Shown here piece by piece: positions 40,804-50,379 of a stretch of 64,000 bases of DNA. Source of the stretch: an uncultured Verrucomicrobiae bacterium (lineage in GTDB: Bacteria; Verrucomicrobiota; Verrucomicrobiia; Limisphaerales; Palsa-1400); contig CAVPOM010000018.1 of NCBI GenBank assembly GCA_963707025.1, positions 688,681-752,680 of the forward strand. Reading direction: 5' to 3'. The notes under the pieces were generated by a model. It did no database searches, was not told where the DNA came from, and saw nothing but the letters and a program-made list of their open reading frames with translations. A program made the translations under genes and the position numbers. How positions within the stretch are numbered: position 1 is the first letter of the stretch; every line of letters starts with the position of its first letter.

Positions 40804-42754
40804 ATGAAAATCCTTCTCACCAGTGTGTGCCGACCCATGGGGCCAAAATACGGGGATGCGGCGTCGGTCGGTTATGAATTGCTTTACCGGCAGGTGACGC
40901 GCGCCCAGGGCCTGTTCAGCCCGCGCACCGTCAACATCCATTTTTCCCTGGAATACATCGCGGAGAACCTGGAGGCGCCCACGGTGGTGTTGCAATACCC
41001 CTCCCGGCGCGAACTGATCAAGGAGTTGAAGAAGGGCTACGATTATGTGGGCGTGTCGTTCCTCATGGCGGTGATGCACAAGATGAAGGAGACGGTGGCT
41101 TTGATCCGGCGCTACGCGCCCCGGAGCAAAATCGTGCTGGGCGGCTACGGCACCATCTTGAAGGATGAGGTGCTCAAACCGTACGCGGATTATATCTGCC
41201 GCGAGGAGGGCGTGGCCTTCTTCCGCCGGCTGCTGGAGGAACCGCCGATTGCCATGCCCTACAAGCATCCGCTGATCGTGAGCTGGTTGAAAGTATTTGG
41301 CTGGAAGGTGTCGGGCACGGGGAAGATTTTTGCCGGACTGGGCTGCGCCAACGGCTGCGATTTCTGCTGCACGTCGCACTTCTTTTCGCGCAAACACATC
41401 AAGCTGCTGCCGGAAGGCCGGGACATTTACGCGGTGGTGGAACGCTATCTGGCGGCGGACCCGAACCTGGTGTTCCTGATCCTGGACGAGGATTTTCTGC
41501 TGAATAAAAAGCGGGCGATGCAGTTCCGCGATTGCGTCCTGGCCGGGGGCAAAAAGGTTTCCATCTTCGCCTTCTCCAGCGTCAGGGCCATCAGCCAGTA
41601 CACGGTGGAAGAGATTTTGGAAATGGGGATTGACGGATTCTGGATCGGTTACGAGGGGACGCGGTCCCATTATGCCAAACAACAAGGCCGGCCGATCGCG
41701 GATATTTTCACCGAATTTCGCGAGCACGGCATCACGGTGCTGACCTCGATGATTGTGGGATTTGATTACCAGAACCAGGAAGTGGTGGCGCAGGAGTTGG
41801 ATGGACTCATGCAGCTTAAGCCCGCCCTGGCGCAGTTCCTCATCTACGGCCCGGTGCCCGGCACGCCCTTTCACGAGCGCATCATCAAGGAGAACCTGTT
41901 GCAGGACGTTTATACCGACGACAAGGACCTGTTCTATCGGCGCGCGGACGGATTTCGCACCATGATCAAACATCCGACCCTGTCGGCGGAAGAAATCGAA
42001 GCGATCCAGACCTGGTGTTTTGAGCAGGACTTTCAGCGGCTGGGTCCGAGCATTTACCGGGTGCTGGAAGCGCGCCTGCTCGGTTTGCAGAAAATGAAGA
42101 ACTCGCCCAACCCGGTGCTGCGCGCCAAGGCCGAGTATTACGCGGGGGAGTTGCGCTACGCCTACCCGGTTTTCCTGGCGGGGCGTCTGCTGGGCCCCAA
42201 CGCGGCGGTGCGGCGGTGGATTGGCGATTTGGAGCGGCGGATTCACGCGGAACTGGGCGCCCCTCCCCTCGGGCAACGGCTCAAGTCGGTCCTGGGCGTG
42301 GCGGCGGCGTTGTGGACGGGACTGACCTTGAAGCTGGACCTTTTTCAGCATCCGAAATTAATCCGCACGACCTATCGCGTGCCGGGCCAGGCGCTGGGGC
42401 GCGTTTGAAATGTGGGAGAAATTCCATGCCGCCTCGGCCTCGCCGACTTTTTCCACCCAGGTGGAACTGCGGCACTCGACCAAGGAAGTGTGGATCCGCC
42501 TGGAAGGCGCGCTCTCGGCTTCCGATGCCGAAAAGCTGGGACAACGCATCCAGGACTCGCTGGCGCGGTGCAAGAGCAAACTGGTGCTGGATTTCAAGAA
42601 GCTGCACTGGGACAAGGTGGAAAATCTGGAGCCGCTGCGCCAAAAGCTGGCGGCGTATCGTTCGCGCATCCGGGTGGTGCTGCCCAAATTGTCGCTGGCC
42701 CATCCGGAGCTGCTTCTTTTGGCCGCCATGTTTCAGGCCGCCGCCACCTATTGA
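40804..42754 (+). CDS. B12-binding-type radical SAM protein, probably fused to a C-terminal STAS-like domain (frameshift at ~42385)
   Basis: GCANGCDFCC motif, LDEDF; removing one G joins 40804-42408 to the 42410-42754 frame (VWIRLEGAL...LVLDFKKL). Confidence 0.8.
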
Positions 42755-42855
42755 CGCGGCAACCGGATATATTCCGGTTCTTCGCTGTTTTCAGCGGATT
42801 TGTTCCGGCAGGACAACCGCTGGAAGTAGCGCAGGGTTCGCTCCGGACCATTGCT

Positions 42856-42944
42856 CCGTTACAGCCGTTACATCGTTACACCTGTTGCACCACAAGCACT
42901 TACGCATTTTCGAGCCGTTACACTCCGTTACATTTGGTTACATC
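42856..42944 (-). repeat. TGTAAC-iterated element, copy 2 (inverted)
   Basis: Six GTTACA units with the same spacing as 36870-36950. Confidence 0.75.
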
Positions 42945-43112
42945 TTCGGAATTGTTAAAACACCCATGCTTTGCACAATACTATCTGTAACCCCTTCCAG
43001 CGCTGCCGTTTCCGTGATGACGGCCATACGGCGCTCGTGCTGCCCGGCCTCCAGTTCAGCCCTCCCTCACCTCCATGGCGTCGCCCTTGCCCGGCATTGC
43101 CCGCCGACATGG

Positions 43113-43310
43113 TTATTCCGCCCATTCCGCGCAAAGCAATTTCGCTTGCTCCAAAACGGTTTGAGTTGCCTTCTCCTGCTTGTCCAGCGGATATCTGTAC
43201 AGCGTGGCTTCCAGCATTTCGGCGAACGAGCGGGACCGGACGAGATATTTCTTCGAGCGGCTTTTCAGTCCGTTGGTCAGCAGTTTTTGCAAAAACTCGA
43301 CGCCAAATTC
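43113..43310 (-). pseudogene. hsdR: Type I RM HsdR C-terminal remnant with internal deletion
   Basis: VEFLQKLL...RSKKYLVRSRSFAEMLEATL fused to YPLDKQEKATQTVLEQAKLLCAEWAE-stop. Confidence 0.75.
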
Positions 43311-43339
43311 GTGTTGCGCCCGAATGCTGTCCAGGCCAC

Positions 43340-44401
43340 TTAATTGGGAATTTCCTTCTCAATCATTCGTCTGAATTCAGATTCCCCTGAGGCAGACGCT
43401 GAAAAAAAGTCGCTAGTCATGCTCTTATTTTCCGCACTCATCTCCGTTTTGACGGATGAAAATATCCCTCGGAAATATTTGATGGAAAGATCGCCTATTT
43501 TGCGCCCGTTACGAACTATCGCTGGCAGTGCTAACATGATGCCGGTATATCCAAGGGTTTTTGAAATAACATACGTCGCTGGATCATCCCATTCGTCAGG
43601 CCATGTTTCCTTTGCAGCCCCAAATACATTTAAGAGGATCTTGAGGATGTTGGCGTCTTCCTTCTTTAGGAAATACTGGTTAAATATGCAATTCGGATGA
43701 GCCGGCGGTTCTGAACCGCGTCTAATAATATCCAAGTCACCATCCGGGTCTGAACCGATATTACGCAACAAGAATTTCACAAAAGTTCCCTGTGAAAGAC
43801 TCTCCATCGAACCCGGCGTCTTACGTCCTAGCATTTTGAGGCGCTTATACCACGGTGAAGAATCGAGACTATTCATTGCACGAGCAATTTCGTGAGATGT
43901 CTTTTGCGGGCTTCGATTCTTGGTAACGCCAAAAAGATCGTAAATCAAAGAAGCCGGCACTTTCGTCTGCTTCCCATTGATTGTGGCAAACAGCAAAGCC
44001 TTTTGCTCTTCATTGGCGTCCAAAATAAAAACCACTGGAATAACAAAATCCTCCTTCCGGTGTGAAAGCTCTAATCCCAATACGCGATGTTGGCCATCAA
44101 CAATATCAGCTACTTCATTGCGCGGTATGGAAATAGTGTTTCCGTCAATCACACAATCGTGACTGTTTATTGCCAACACCACAGGTGTGGGAAATGCAGC
44201 ATCGGCGGTCTCGGAATAATCGGCTATGTCCTTTATCCGACGTTTGGATGGCTCTCGCTGAATTCCCCCAACTGTCTCCAACGAAATATTATCAAATTTG
44301 CGAGGGTCAACTTTAGAAATCCGGATTACTTCAACGACCGGAACGGCTGATAATAAAAAATCTCCAGCCGGCTGCTCAAATGCAATTGTTGGAAAACTCA
44401 T
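43340..44401 (-). CDS. DGQHR-domain (DndB-like) protein
   Basis: GIQR, FPTPVVL, IVDGQHR, FATINGKQTKV motifs; low GC. Confidence 0.9.
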   Translation of the reverse strand: MSFPTIAFEQPAGDFLLSAVPVVEVIRISKVDPRKFDNISLETVGGIQREPSKRRIKDIADYSETADAAFPTPVVLAINSHDCVIDGNTISIPRNEVADIVDGQHRVLGLELSHRKEDFVIPVVFILDANEEQKALLFATINGKQTKVPASLIYDLFGVTKNRSPQKTSHEIARAMNSLDSSPWYKRLKMLGRKTPGSMESLSQGTFVKFLLRNIGSDPDGDLDIIRRGSEPPAHPNCIFNQYFLKKEDANILKILLNVFGAAKETWPDEWDDPATYVISKTLGYTGIMLALPAIVRNGRKIGDLSIKYFRGIFSSVKTEMSAENKSMTSDFFSASASGESEFRRMIEKEIPN

Positions 44402-44997
44402 AGCCCCACCCCCGTTCCATCATCTTTCTTCTCCGTAGCTGCCTTTTCTAGGTCTTCTACCTCAGTGTCTTGTTCGGCTTTAGCTTCGGCACATGATTTT
44501 TCCCAGTCGGGAAAACGCAAGCAGTAGAGGTATGCCGCGCAGAGAATGGCTAAAGCTGTAAACATCATTTGAATAACGTATTTAGGGTGTTCACCTGCAT
44601 GTGGGGATAACCCTGCATATAAGATTCCACCCTGAAGAATAAGAAGGAGGAGCGCGCCCGCTCCCGCCAATCCGCGAATACCTGCTGCTGTGATGTTTGA
44701 ACCACCAAAAACTGACAATGTTGTTGCGATACCATCTGCCAAGATGACCATGCTGAATGAAGCAAGGGTGCCTGTTTGGATTACTTGAGTGTAAACGGCA
44801 TTAACATCTGCGCCACGATACCAAGCAAGAAACACTGGAAGCCAGAATCCGGATAATCCCAGGACATTTGCTATAAAGCACCAAACAACAAACTGCAGGG
44901 GTTGCTTTTTTATCGTGGCGAACGGTTTTTTGAAATCGTCCACAGTGTTTTGTTTCCACTGCGCCCACGTAGTTAGCTTATTGTCCGCCGTTTTCAT
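44398..44997 (-). CDS. Membrane protein (~4 TM) translationally coupled to the DGQHR gene
   Basis: Four hydrophobic segments, charged C-tail; ATGA overlap; low GC. Confidence 0.8.
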   Translation of the reverse strand: MKTADNKLTTWAQWKQNTVDDFKKPFATIKKQPLQFVVWCFIANVLGLSGFWLPVFLAWYRGADVNAVYTQVIQTGTLASFSMVILADGIATTLSVFGGSNITAAGIRGLAGAGALLLLILQGGILYAGLSPHAGEHPKYVIQMMFTALAILCAAYLYCLRFPDWEKSCAEAKAEQDTEVEDLEKAATEKKDDGTGVGL

Positions 44998-45027
44998 TTA
45001 ATAGTCTATTTGTAATGTTAATGAGGA

Positions 45028-47735
45028 TTAACTATCTGCTTCTTTCCAAGCCAGCAGCAATATCCGCCGGTCAGGATATTCCCACGTCCTTGTGCCTTTG
45101 TTGTCCAGATAATCAACCACCTTGGCACGGACTGAAATCGGAATCCGCTCCGCCTGCGACAACAGTGGGGCGAGGGTTTTGAAATCTTCCAAGGACAAAT
45201 CCTGCACCACGGCGTTGGCGCTGCACAAGAGTTCAATCGTATTTAGCACCAGCCGTTCGCCTGAATGTTTCTTTGAACCTACGGCATGTTTCAGGAAGAA
45301 CTCCCTGACGTCCGGTTGTAACCGCCAGAACTGGGAGAACACGCGCTTGGCTATTAATAACTCGGGTTTAACAGCAGCCAGCTCAGCATCAGGCGTGCGT
45401 TTGAGCCACGCGCACCAGAGCCGGGCGACTTCTGAATCGGAGTTTGCGCGAGCAGCCGCTTCACCCAGCGGGGTAAGGACTGGACCTTCGGAGAAACCAA
45501 GATTCTTCAATTCGCTGCGCTGTTTGTTTGCCGTGTCGCCGGGTGACCGGCTGACCCGCGACCAATCCCGCAACAACTCCCGCGCCCGCTGGATATTCCG
45601 CACTGTGTTTCCGGCGTAATCCATGCACAACAATCCGATGTCCGGCTGTAGCGTGGCGAACACATCTTCCAAGGTGTCCAGATCTTCGGGGCTGATGGGC
45701 GCGGCGGGCGCGCGGGCGGGAATGACCAATTCGCGGCGGGTGAGCAGATAGGCGCGGGCGCGGGCGACCGCTGCCGCCCGCCAGCGCGCTTCCATGATCA
45801 GCAGGCTTTCCTGCGTAAAGGCCACGCTGCGCTTTTTGAAAAGATCATCAAACCAATGCGTCAATGTGCCGAGCGCCGTGGTGTCCTCGCTCAACACTCC
45901 GGCCTCGACGCTGGTGGTGAAGGCCGAACTGCTCAAGTTCGCGCTGCCCAGCAGGAAGCGCTTGGGTTTGCCGGTCAGGTCGTGGGCGAGATAAAGTTTC
46001 GGGTGGTAGGTGACGTTGCCGGAAAAAATCCGCATCTGCACCCCGCTGCTGATTGCCCGTTGTACTGCCGCCGGCTGCGTGATACCCATTTGGTCCGTGC
46101 AGATTATCCGCATCTTGGGTAGGTTGAGTTTGCTGGTTTGCTGGTGGAATAATTCCCAGCCGCTTACTTGTAAATAGCTCACGGCCACCGAAAGCGTTTC
46201 CGCGCCTTCAACCAGTTCGCCCAACGCTTGCTTAAAGCTCGTTGTGCCTTCGTGCTTGTTTAGGAGGATTTTCACACCCGTCTCATAAGGGGAAAAGTCT
46301 GGTGCTGACCTGTTCATTTGCAAGGGTTTAATTGGTCTTCGGGGTAAAATGAGATTTTGATTTTTCCGAGTTTGGCTTTTGGGTTTGGTATGCGCCTGTT
46401 TGGGCGCGTGTGCTGTCCCATAGCTTTATTGGAAGCCGGGGAAATACGCCTGCTCGGGCCGCGCCAAGTGGCGAAAGCTGCCGCCTGCTGTCCCATAGCA
46501 CGCCAGCAAATTGAGCAGATCATATTTCTCCCAGAGCGCCGCCCGCAAAATCGTGAACAGCCGGGTGAAGCTGTGCGCCCAGTTGGAGAGGTGACTGAGG
46601 TAGCGCAACAGCACGTAGGTCAACAGCGCCGTCCACACCTGCCAGCGCACGGCGTTGGCGTTGTGGCCCAGAAAATCCGCCAACTGCAAGGTCTGCTTGA
46701 TTTGTTTGAAGAAGACTTCGATCTGCCAGCGGCAGCGGTAAAGGTCGGCCACGCTGCGCGGACTCCACTCCAGGTTGTTGGTCAGGAAGGTCATTTCCCG
46801 TTCCTCTCCATCAATCTCGACCAGCGCCACCACCCGGCGCATCAACTCCGGCGCGGGTTTGTTCTCGTTGCTCAGGACGATCACTTCGTCGCGCAAAATC
46901 TTCGGGTCTCTGGAGGCGGGCATTTTCCGCACCACCTCATAGCCCATGTTCTCCTTGGCCCGCGTCACCCAAAAGACCCCGCGCCCGTCCAAATCCCGCA
47001 AGTGGCCGAAGTCCACATAACCCTTGTCGAACAAGGCGATTTCGCCGCTCTTCAAGTCGGCGCACAGTTCCCGCGCCCGTCGGTTGTCGTGCTCGGCGGC
47101 AGTGTCCACAATGACAAAACCGGGCAAAAGATTCTGCAGATTCAACCGCATATGGGTTTTGGCGGCGGCCTTGCGCCGGCGGTGCTTGGCCCAGTCCAGG
47201 CAGTTGGCCACCAGTTCCATGGTCGTGCTATCAATCACATGGATGGGCATCTTGAAACGGAAGGCGGGGCCACGGCGCTGGCCCGCGGCAAAGCCGGGCG
47301 TCTGTGCTTTCAAATGCTCCAGGACCCGCCAGAAGAGTTGTTCGGCCATCTGGGCCGGACGCTCCCGGTTGGCGTGGGAGAGGCCGTTGCGGCTGGGGGC
47401 GCTGGCGCCGCGCAAAGTGGACAGCGGCCCGGAATGCAATTGCAGCGAGTCGCACAGATCGTTGAGTCCGATGCAATGGGTGAGTTGCGCGTCCAGCAAA
47501 CTGACCGTGTGACTCCACGGACTGAAGGTGCGCGACTTATCCAGAGCCCCGGTCTCCCGCGCTATTTTGGAGACTTCATGCGCAGGAATGAGATTGCAAA
47601 TCTGGCGCAAAACGTTAAACCGGGACCGTGTTGGTTTGATTTTTTTGTTTTTCATGCCTGCCTTGTGGCAGGTTCAAATGGTCAAGCCAACACTTTTTTC
47701 CAATTTCCTGTGGGATGGCTGTGGAGGATTTTCAT
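45028..47735 (-). CDS. PLD-family (HKD) restriction-type nuclease; IS4 inserted after codon 4
   Basis: VAVSY, YHPKLY, LGSANLS..A...SVEAG; native ATG at 47735 overlaps the MTase stop; body at 46263-45028. Confidence 0.8.
46273..47723 (-). mobile_element. IS4-family element, copy 3 (1451 bp)
   Basis: Same ends as other copies; 9-bp TSD GAGGATTTT. Confidence 0.95.
46426..47655 (-). CDS. IS4-family transposase
   Basis: Identical 409-aa translation. Confidence 0.93.
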   Translation of the reverse strand: MKNKKIKPTRSRFNVLRQICNLIPAHEVSKIARETGALDKSRTFSPWSHTVSLLDAQLTHCIGLNDLCDSLQLHSGPLSTLRGASAPSRNGLSHANRERPAQMAEQLFWRVLEHLKAQTPGFAAGQRRGPAFRFKMPIHVIDSTTMELVANCLDWAKHRRRKAAAKTHMRLNLQNLLPGFVIVDTAAEHDNRRARELCADLKSGEIALFDKGYVDFGHLRDLDGRGVFWVTRAKENMGYEVVRKMPASRDPKILRDEVIVLSNENKPAPELMRRVVALVEIDGEEREMTFLTNNLEWSPRSVADLYRCRWQIEVFFKQIKQTLQLADFLGHNANAVRWQVWTALLTYVLLRYLSHLSNWAHSFTRLFTILRAALWEKYDLLNLLACYGTAGGSFRHLARPEQAYFPGFQ

Positions 47736-49780
47736 TCAGCTATGAATAGGTATTCAACAACTTCGTTCCTGTTGTCACCAACTTTGTGTGCATGGTTGCC
47801 GTGATGATATCGGTGAGCAGATTCGTAAACTGTCACTTTCGATTTTTCACTTTTCAGCAACTCGATCATCTCCGCTTTACTTGGAATGCAATTAGAAGAA
47901 TACGAAATAGCCAGTGTTGCGTTGCGGAAATGATGAAACAATTTCTGAAACGCCTGACCCGCGCGAGCTTTAGTACAAAAAGCTGTTTCATACGACCTAA
48001 TCTTTTTCGTGGTGGTATCTGTAAGTTCGACCCCCTTCCAATAACTACAGTAACCTTCGACAAAGTGGTAACGGCGCGTGTAATCGCAATCCGAAAACGG
48101 GCTAATGTAGGGTGTGTCAACGTAAACCAAGTCGGCAAGGTCAGGCTGCAAATCAAATACGTCTAAATTGAAGGCTTTGTTTTGGTGGCCGTTTGAGAAC
48201 ACCGCGCTATTGAGGGCATTAACCGCGATCAAAAATTGCTCTCGCATGGAAAGCTTCAAATCTTTTCGCCCATCCCAGCCTTTGATGCCGGTAAATGTGA
48301 ACATTCCACGCGGACGCTTCTTCATGCACGCACGCGATGCTGCCGCAAGTGCCAGGGAAATCTTTAGCGGTGATTCCAATTCGTGAATATTCGCCCAAAG
48401 GTTGTCGAGAAACACGCAATCCATTTCGACGAAAAATAAATCTCTGTAAGTATCGCGAACAAATGTCGGTGCGGAAGTGTTTGGTCGCACCAATTTGTTA
48501 ACATCTTCCTCCGTCAATTTGGTTGAGTTGTTTTCGATTGTAGCGCGGGCGGTTTGAAAACAGAAATTCAAGAAGTCGTTTGCGTAAACTCGCGCGCCAG
48601 TTTGCTTAATGGCGTATCCGACACAAGCGCTTCCAGAAAACGCATCAAGCGCCGAATTGAACTTTAGCTTGGCAAGGTGCTTGAGAATGAAGGGAAGCAA
48701 GCGTTGTTTGCTGCCCATGTATTTCGTTTCAGGAAACTCCGGCTCGGCGGATGAGGTGAAGAATACCTGCGGTTGTTTTGCGGGGCTTGTATTTGAAACG
48801 ACAAGCTCTGAAATGTTGCCACGCCTGCCGGGTTTGCAATTTATGAATCTCGGCGCGGAAACAACCTGTATCGGAAAGCCGGCGTAGAGTTCGCGGGTGC
48901 GCGGATGTTCGGAGTTGGACAAGACCACGCGGCAGCCTTTGGCATCCAATTCGCGGAAGACACGCGCCAGTTCCACCTGGTCGGCCTCGCGAAATTGTTC
49001 GAGCGTGTAGCGCTTGAAATCAGAGTAGGCGGAGATGGGCAGATACGGCGGGTCAAAATAAATGAAATCGCCGCGGCGCGCTTCGTCCACGGTCTTGCGG
49101 AAGTCCTGCGCCTCCAGTTGCGTATTCTGCAACACGTCGGACGCCGCCAGCAGGTTGTCGCGGGAATAAAGATTGGGAGTTTTATTGGAGCCGACGGGCG
49201 TGTTGAATTCGCCCTTCGCATTGACACGCCAGAGACCGTTGAAACAGGTTTTGTTGAGAAAGATCGTCCGGGCGGCGCGCGCCAGATCGTCGGTCAGATC
49301 CTGCTGCTTGCGGATGTTGTAAAAGTAGGTGTCGCCATCGGCGCGGAAGCCGCGCGAATGTTCGTCTAGAAGCTGCATCAATTCTTCCGAGCGGTCGCGG
49401 ACGACGCGGAAGCAGTTGATGAGTTCCTTGTTGCCGTCGCGCAGGAATGGCCGCATATCCGGAAACCGGTGCTTCAAATGAAAGAACACGGCGCCGCCGC
49501 CGAGGAACGGCTCAAAATAGCGGTCAATCTCGTGCGGGAAAAACTCCTCAAGCTGCCGGAGCAAACTGGCCTTGCCTCCTACCCATTTCAGAAACGGCTG
49601 CGCTTCGATGCGTTTTGGCACCACGAACGGCATGGCGATTTGTTCGTCGTTTAATCTTCCGTTTCCTTCGGGAGCATGGAGGGACGGGTCAGGAATGTTT
49701 CGACGGACTTTGTAGCGGACTTTTTGAGTTGGCTTCTTGTCTGTCCGCTTTCGCTTAGTCTTTGATTTCGGTAGATACAT
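47732..49780 (-). CDS. Tandem two-domain D12-class N6-adenine DNA methyltransferase
   Basis: Domain 1: KWVGGK, EPFLGGG, FDPPY. Domain 2: KYMGSK, DAFSGS, VDTPY. Confidence 0.9.
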   Translation of the reverse strand: MYLPKSKTKRKRTDKKPTQKVRYKVRRNIPDPSLHAPEGNGRLNDEQIAMPFVVPKRIEAQPFLKWVGGKASLLRQLEEFFPHEIDRYFEPFLGGGAVFFHLKHRFPDMRPFLRDGNKELINCFRVVRDRSEELMQLLDEHSRGFRADGDTYFYNIRKQQDLTDDLARAARTIFLNKTCFNGLWRVNAKGEFNTPVGSNKTPNLYSRDNLLAASDVLQNTQLEAQDFRKTVDEARRGDFIYFDPPYLPISAYSDFKRYTLEQFREADQVELARVFRELDAKGCRVVLSNSEHPRTRELYAGFPIQVVSAPRFINCKPGRRGNISELVVSNTSPAKQPQVFFTSSAEPEFPETKYMGSKQRLLPFILKHLAKLKFNSALDAFSGSACVGYAIKQTGARVYANDFLNFCFQTARATIENNSTKLTEEDVNKLVRPNTSAPTFVRDTYRDLFFVEMDCVFLDNLWANIHELESPLKISLALAAASRACMKKRPRGMFTFTGIKGWDGRKDLKLSMREQFLIAVNALNSAVFSNGHQNKAFNLDVFDLQPDLADLVYVDTPYISPFSDCDYTRRYHFVEGYCSYWKGVELTDTTTKKIRSYETAFCTKARAGQAFQKLFHHFRNATLAISYSSNCIPSKAEMIELLKSEKSKVTVYESAHRYHHGNHAHKVGDNRNEVVEYLFIAE

Positions 49781-49810
49781 CAGCTAAATGTTGTTGTCAT
49801 TTTGTGCCGG

Positions 49811-50053
49811 TTAGCACATTGAGAATTTACGGGCATAACTCGCCACACACGCCGCGGATTTCCTTTTGCAATTTTCGCCGCCCCAATCACTCATGTTGAA
49901 CGGCGGGTTGGCGAGGTCCTTCCGGACGGGCAGAAAATCGGCCTTGAGGTTGGGATGCAAATCCGCCTGGAAGTAGTCGGCGGCGGCCCAAAGCTGGGCT
50001 TCAAAGTCAAGCCCCGCGCCGTTTGATTTCTTGGGTGTGGTTTCTTTAGGCAT
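49811..50053 (-). pseudogene. hsdM: Type I RM HsdM remnant (N-terminus fused to the NPPF region)
   Basis: [16 protein letters not shown] joined directly to [10 protein letters not shown]...[14 protein letters not shown]. Confidence 0.78.
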
Positions 50054-50170
50054 GCAGATTGAAGGCAATATTATCCCCGCGCGGCCCGAATGCAAAGCCG
50101 GGAATTGTGCGCCGACATCAGGCGGGCGCCTCTTGACAGTGCTACGAGGGTCAGACACAAGAATAATACA

Positions 50171-50286
50171 GGAGTGCGCCCGTCCTCGGGCGCAGCAGCG
50201 TGAGAAACTCGGCGCGCCGGTGATCTTTCTGCGCACCCAAAAAACTCCTGGCTTGCTGCGGCCGGGGACGGCCGCACTCCGCCGGT
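50171..50286. repeat. REP-like element
   Basis: GGAGTGCGCCCGTCCTCGGGCGCAGC...GCTGCGGCCGGGGACGGCCGCACTCC; right half repeated at ~58780-58817. Confidence 0.75.
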
Positions 50287-50379
50287 AACAGTCCCGGGAT
50301 GCGCCGACATCAGCCGGCCGGTTCGTCCGAGGCTCAGTCGCGCCGTTCATCAAGTTCCCATTTTTCACACGTCCAGCTT

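Noticed and set aside
43340..44401. Dnd phosphorothioation operon
   Set aside because: Only a DGQHR protein is present; no DndA/C/D/E homologs in the window
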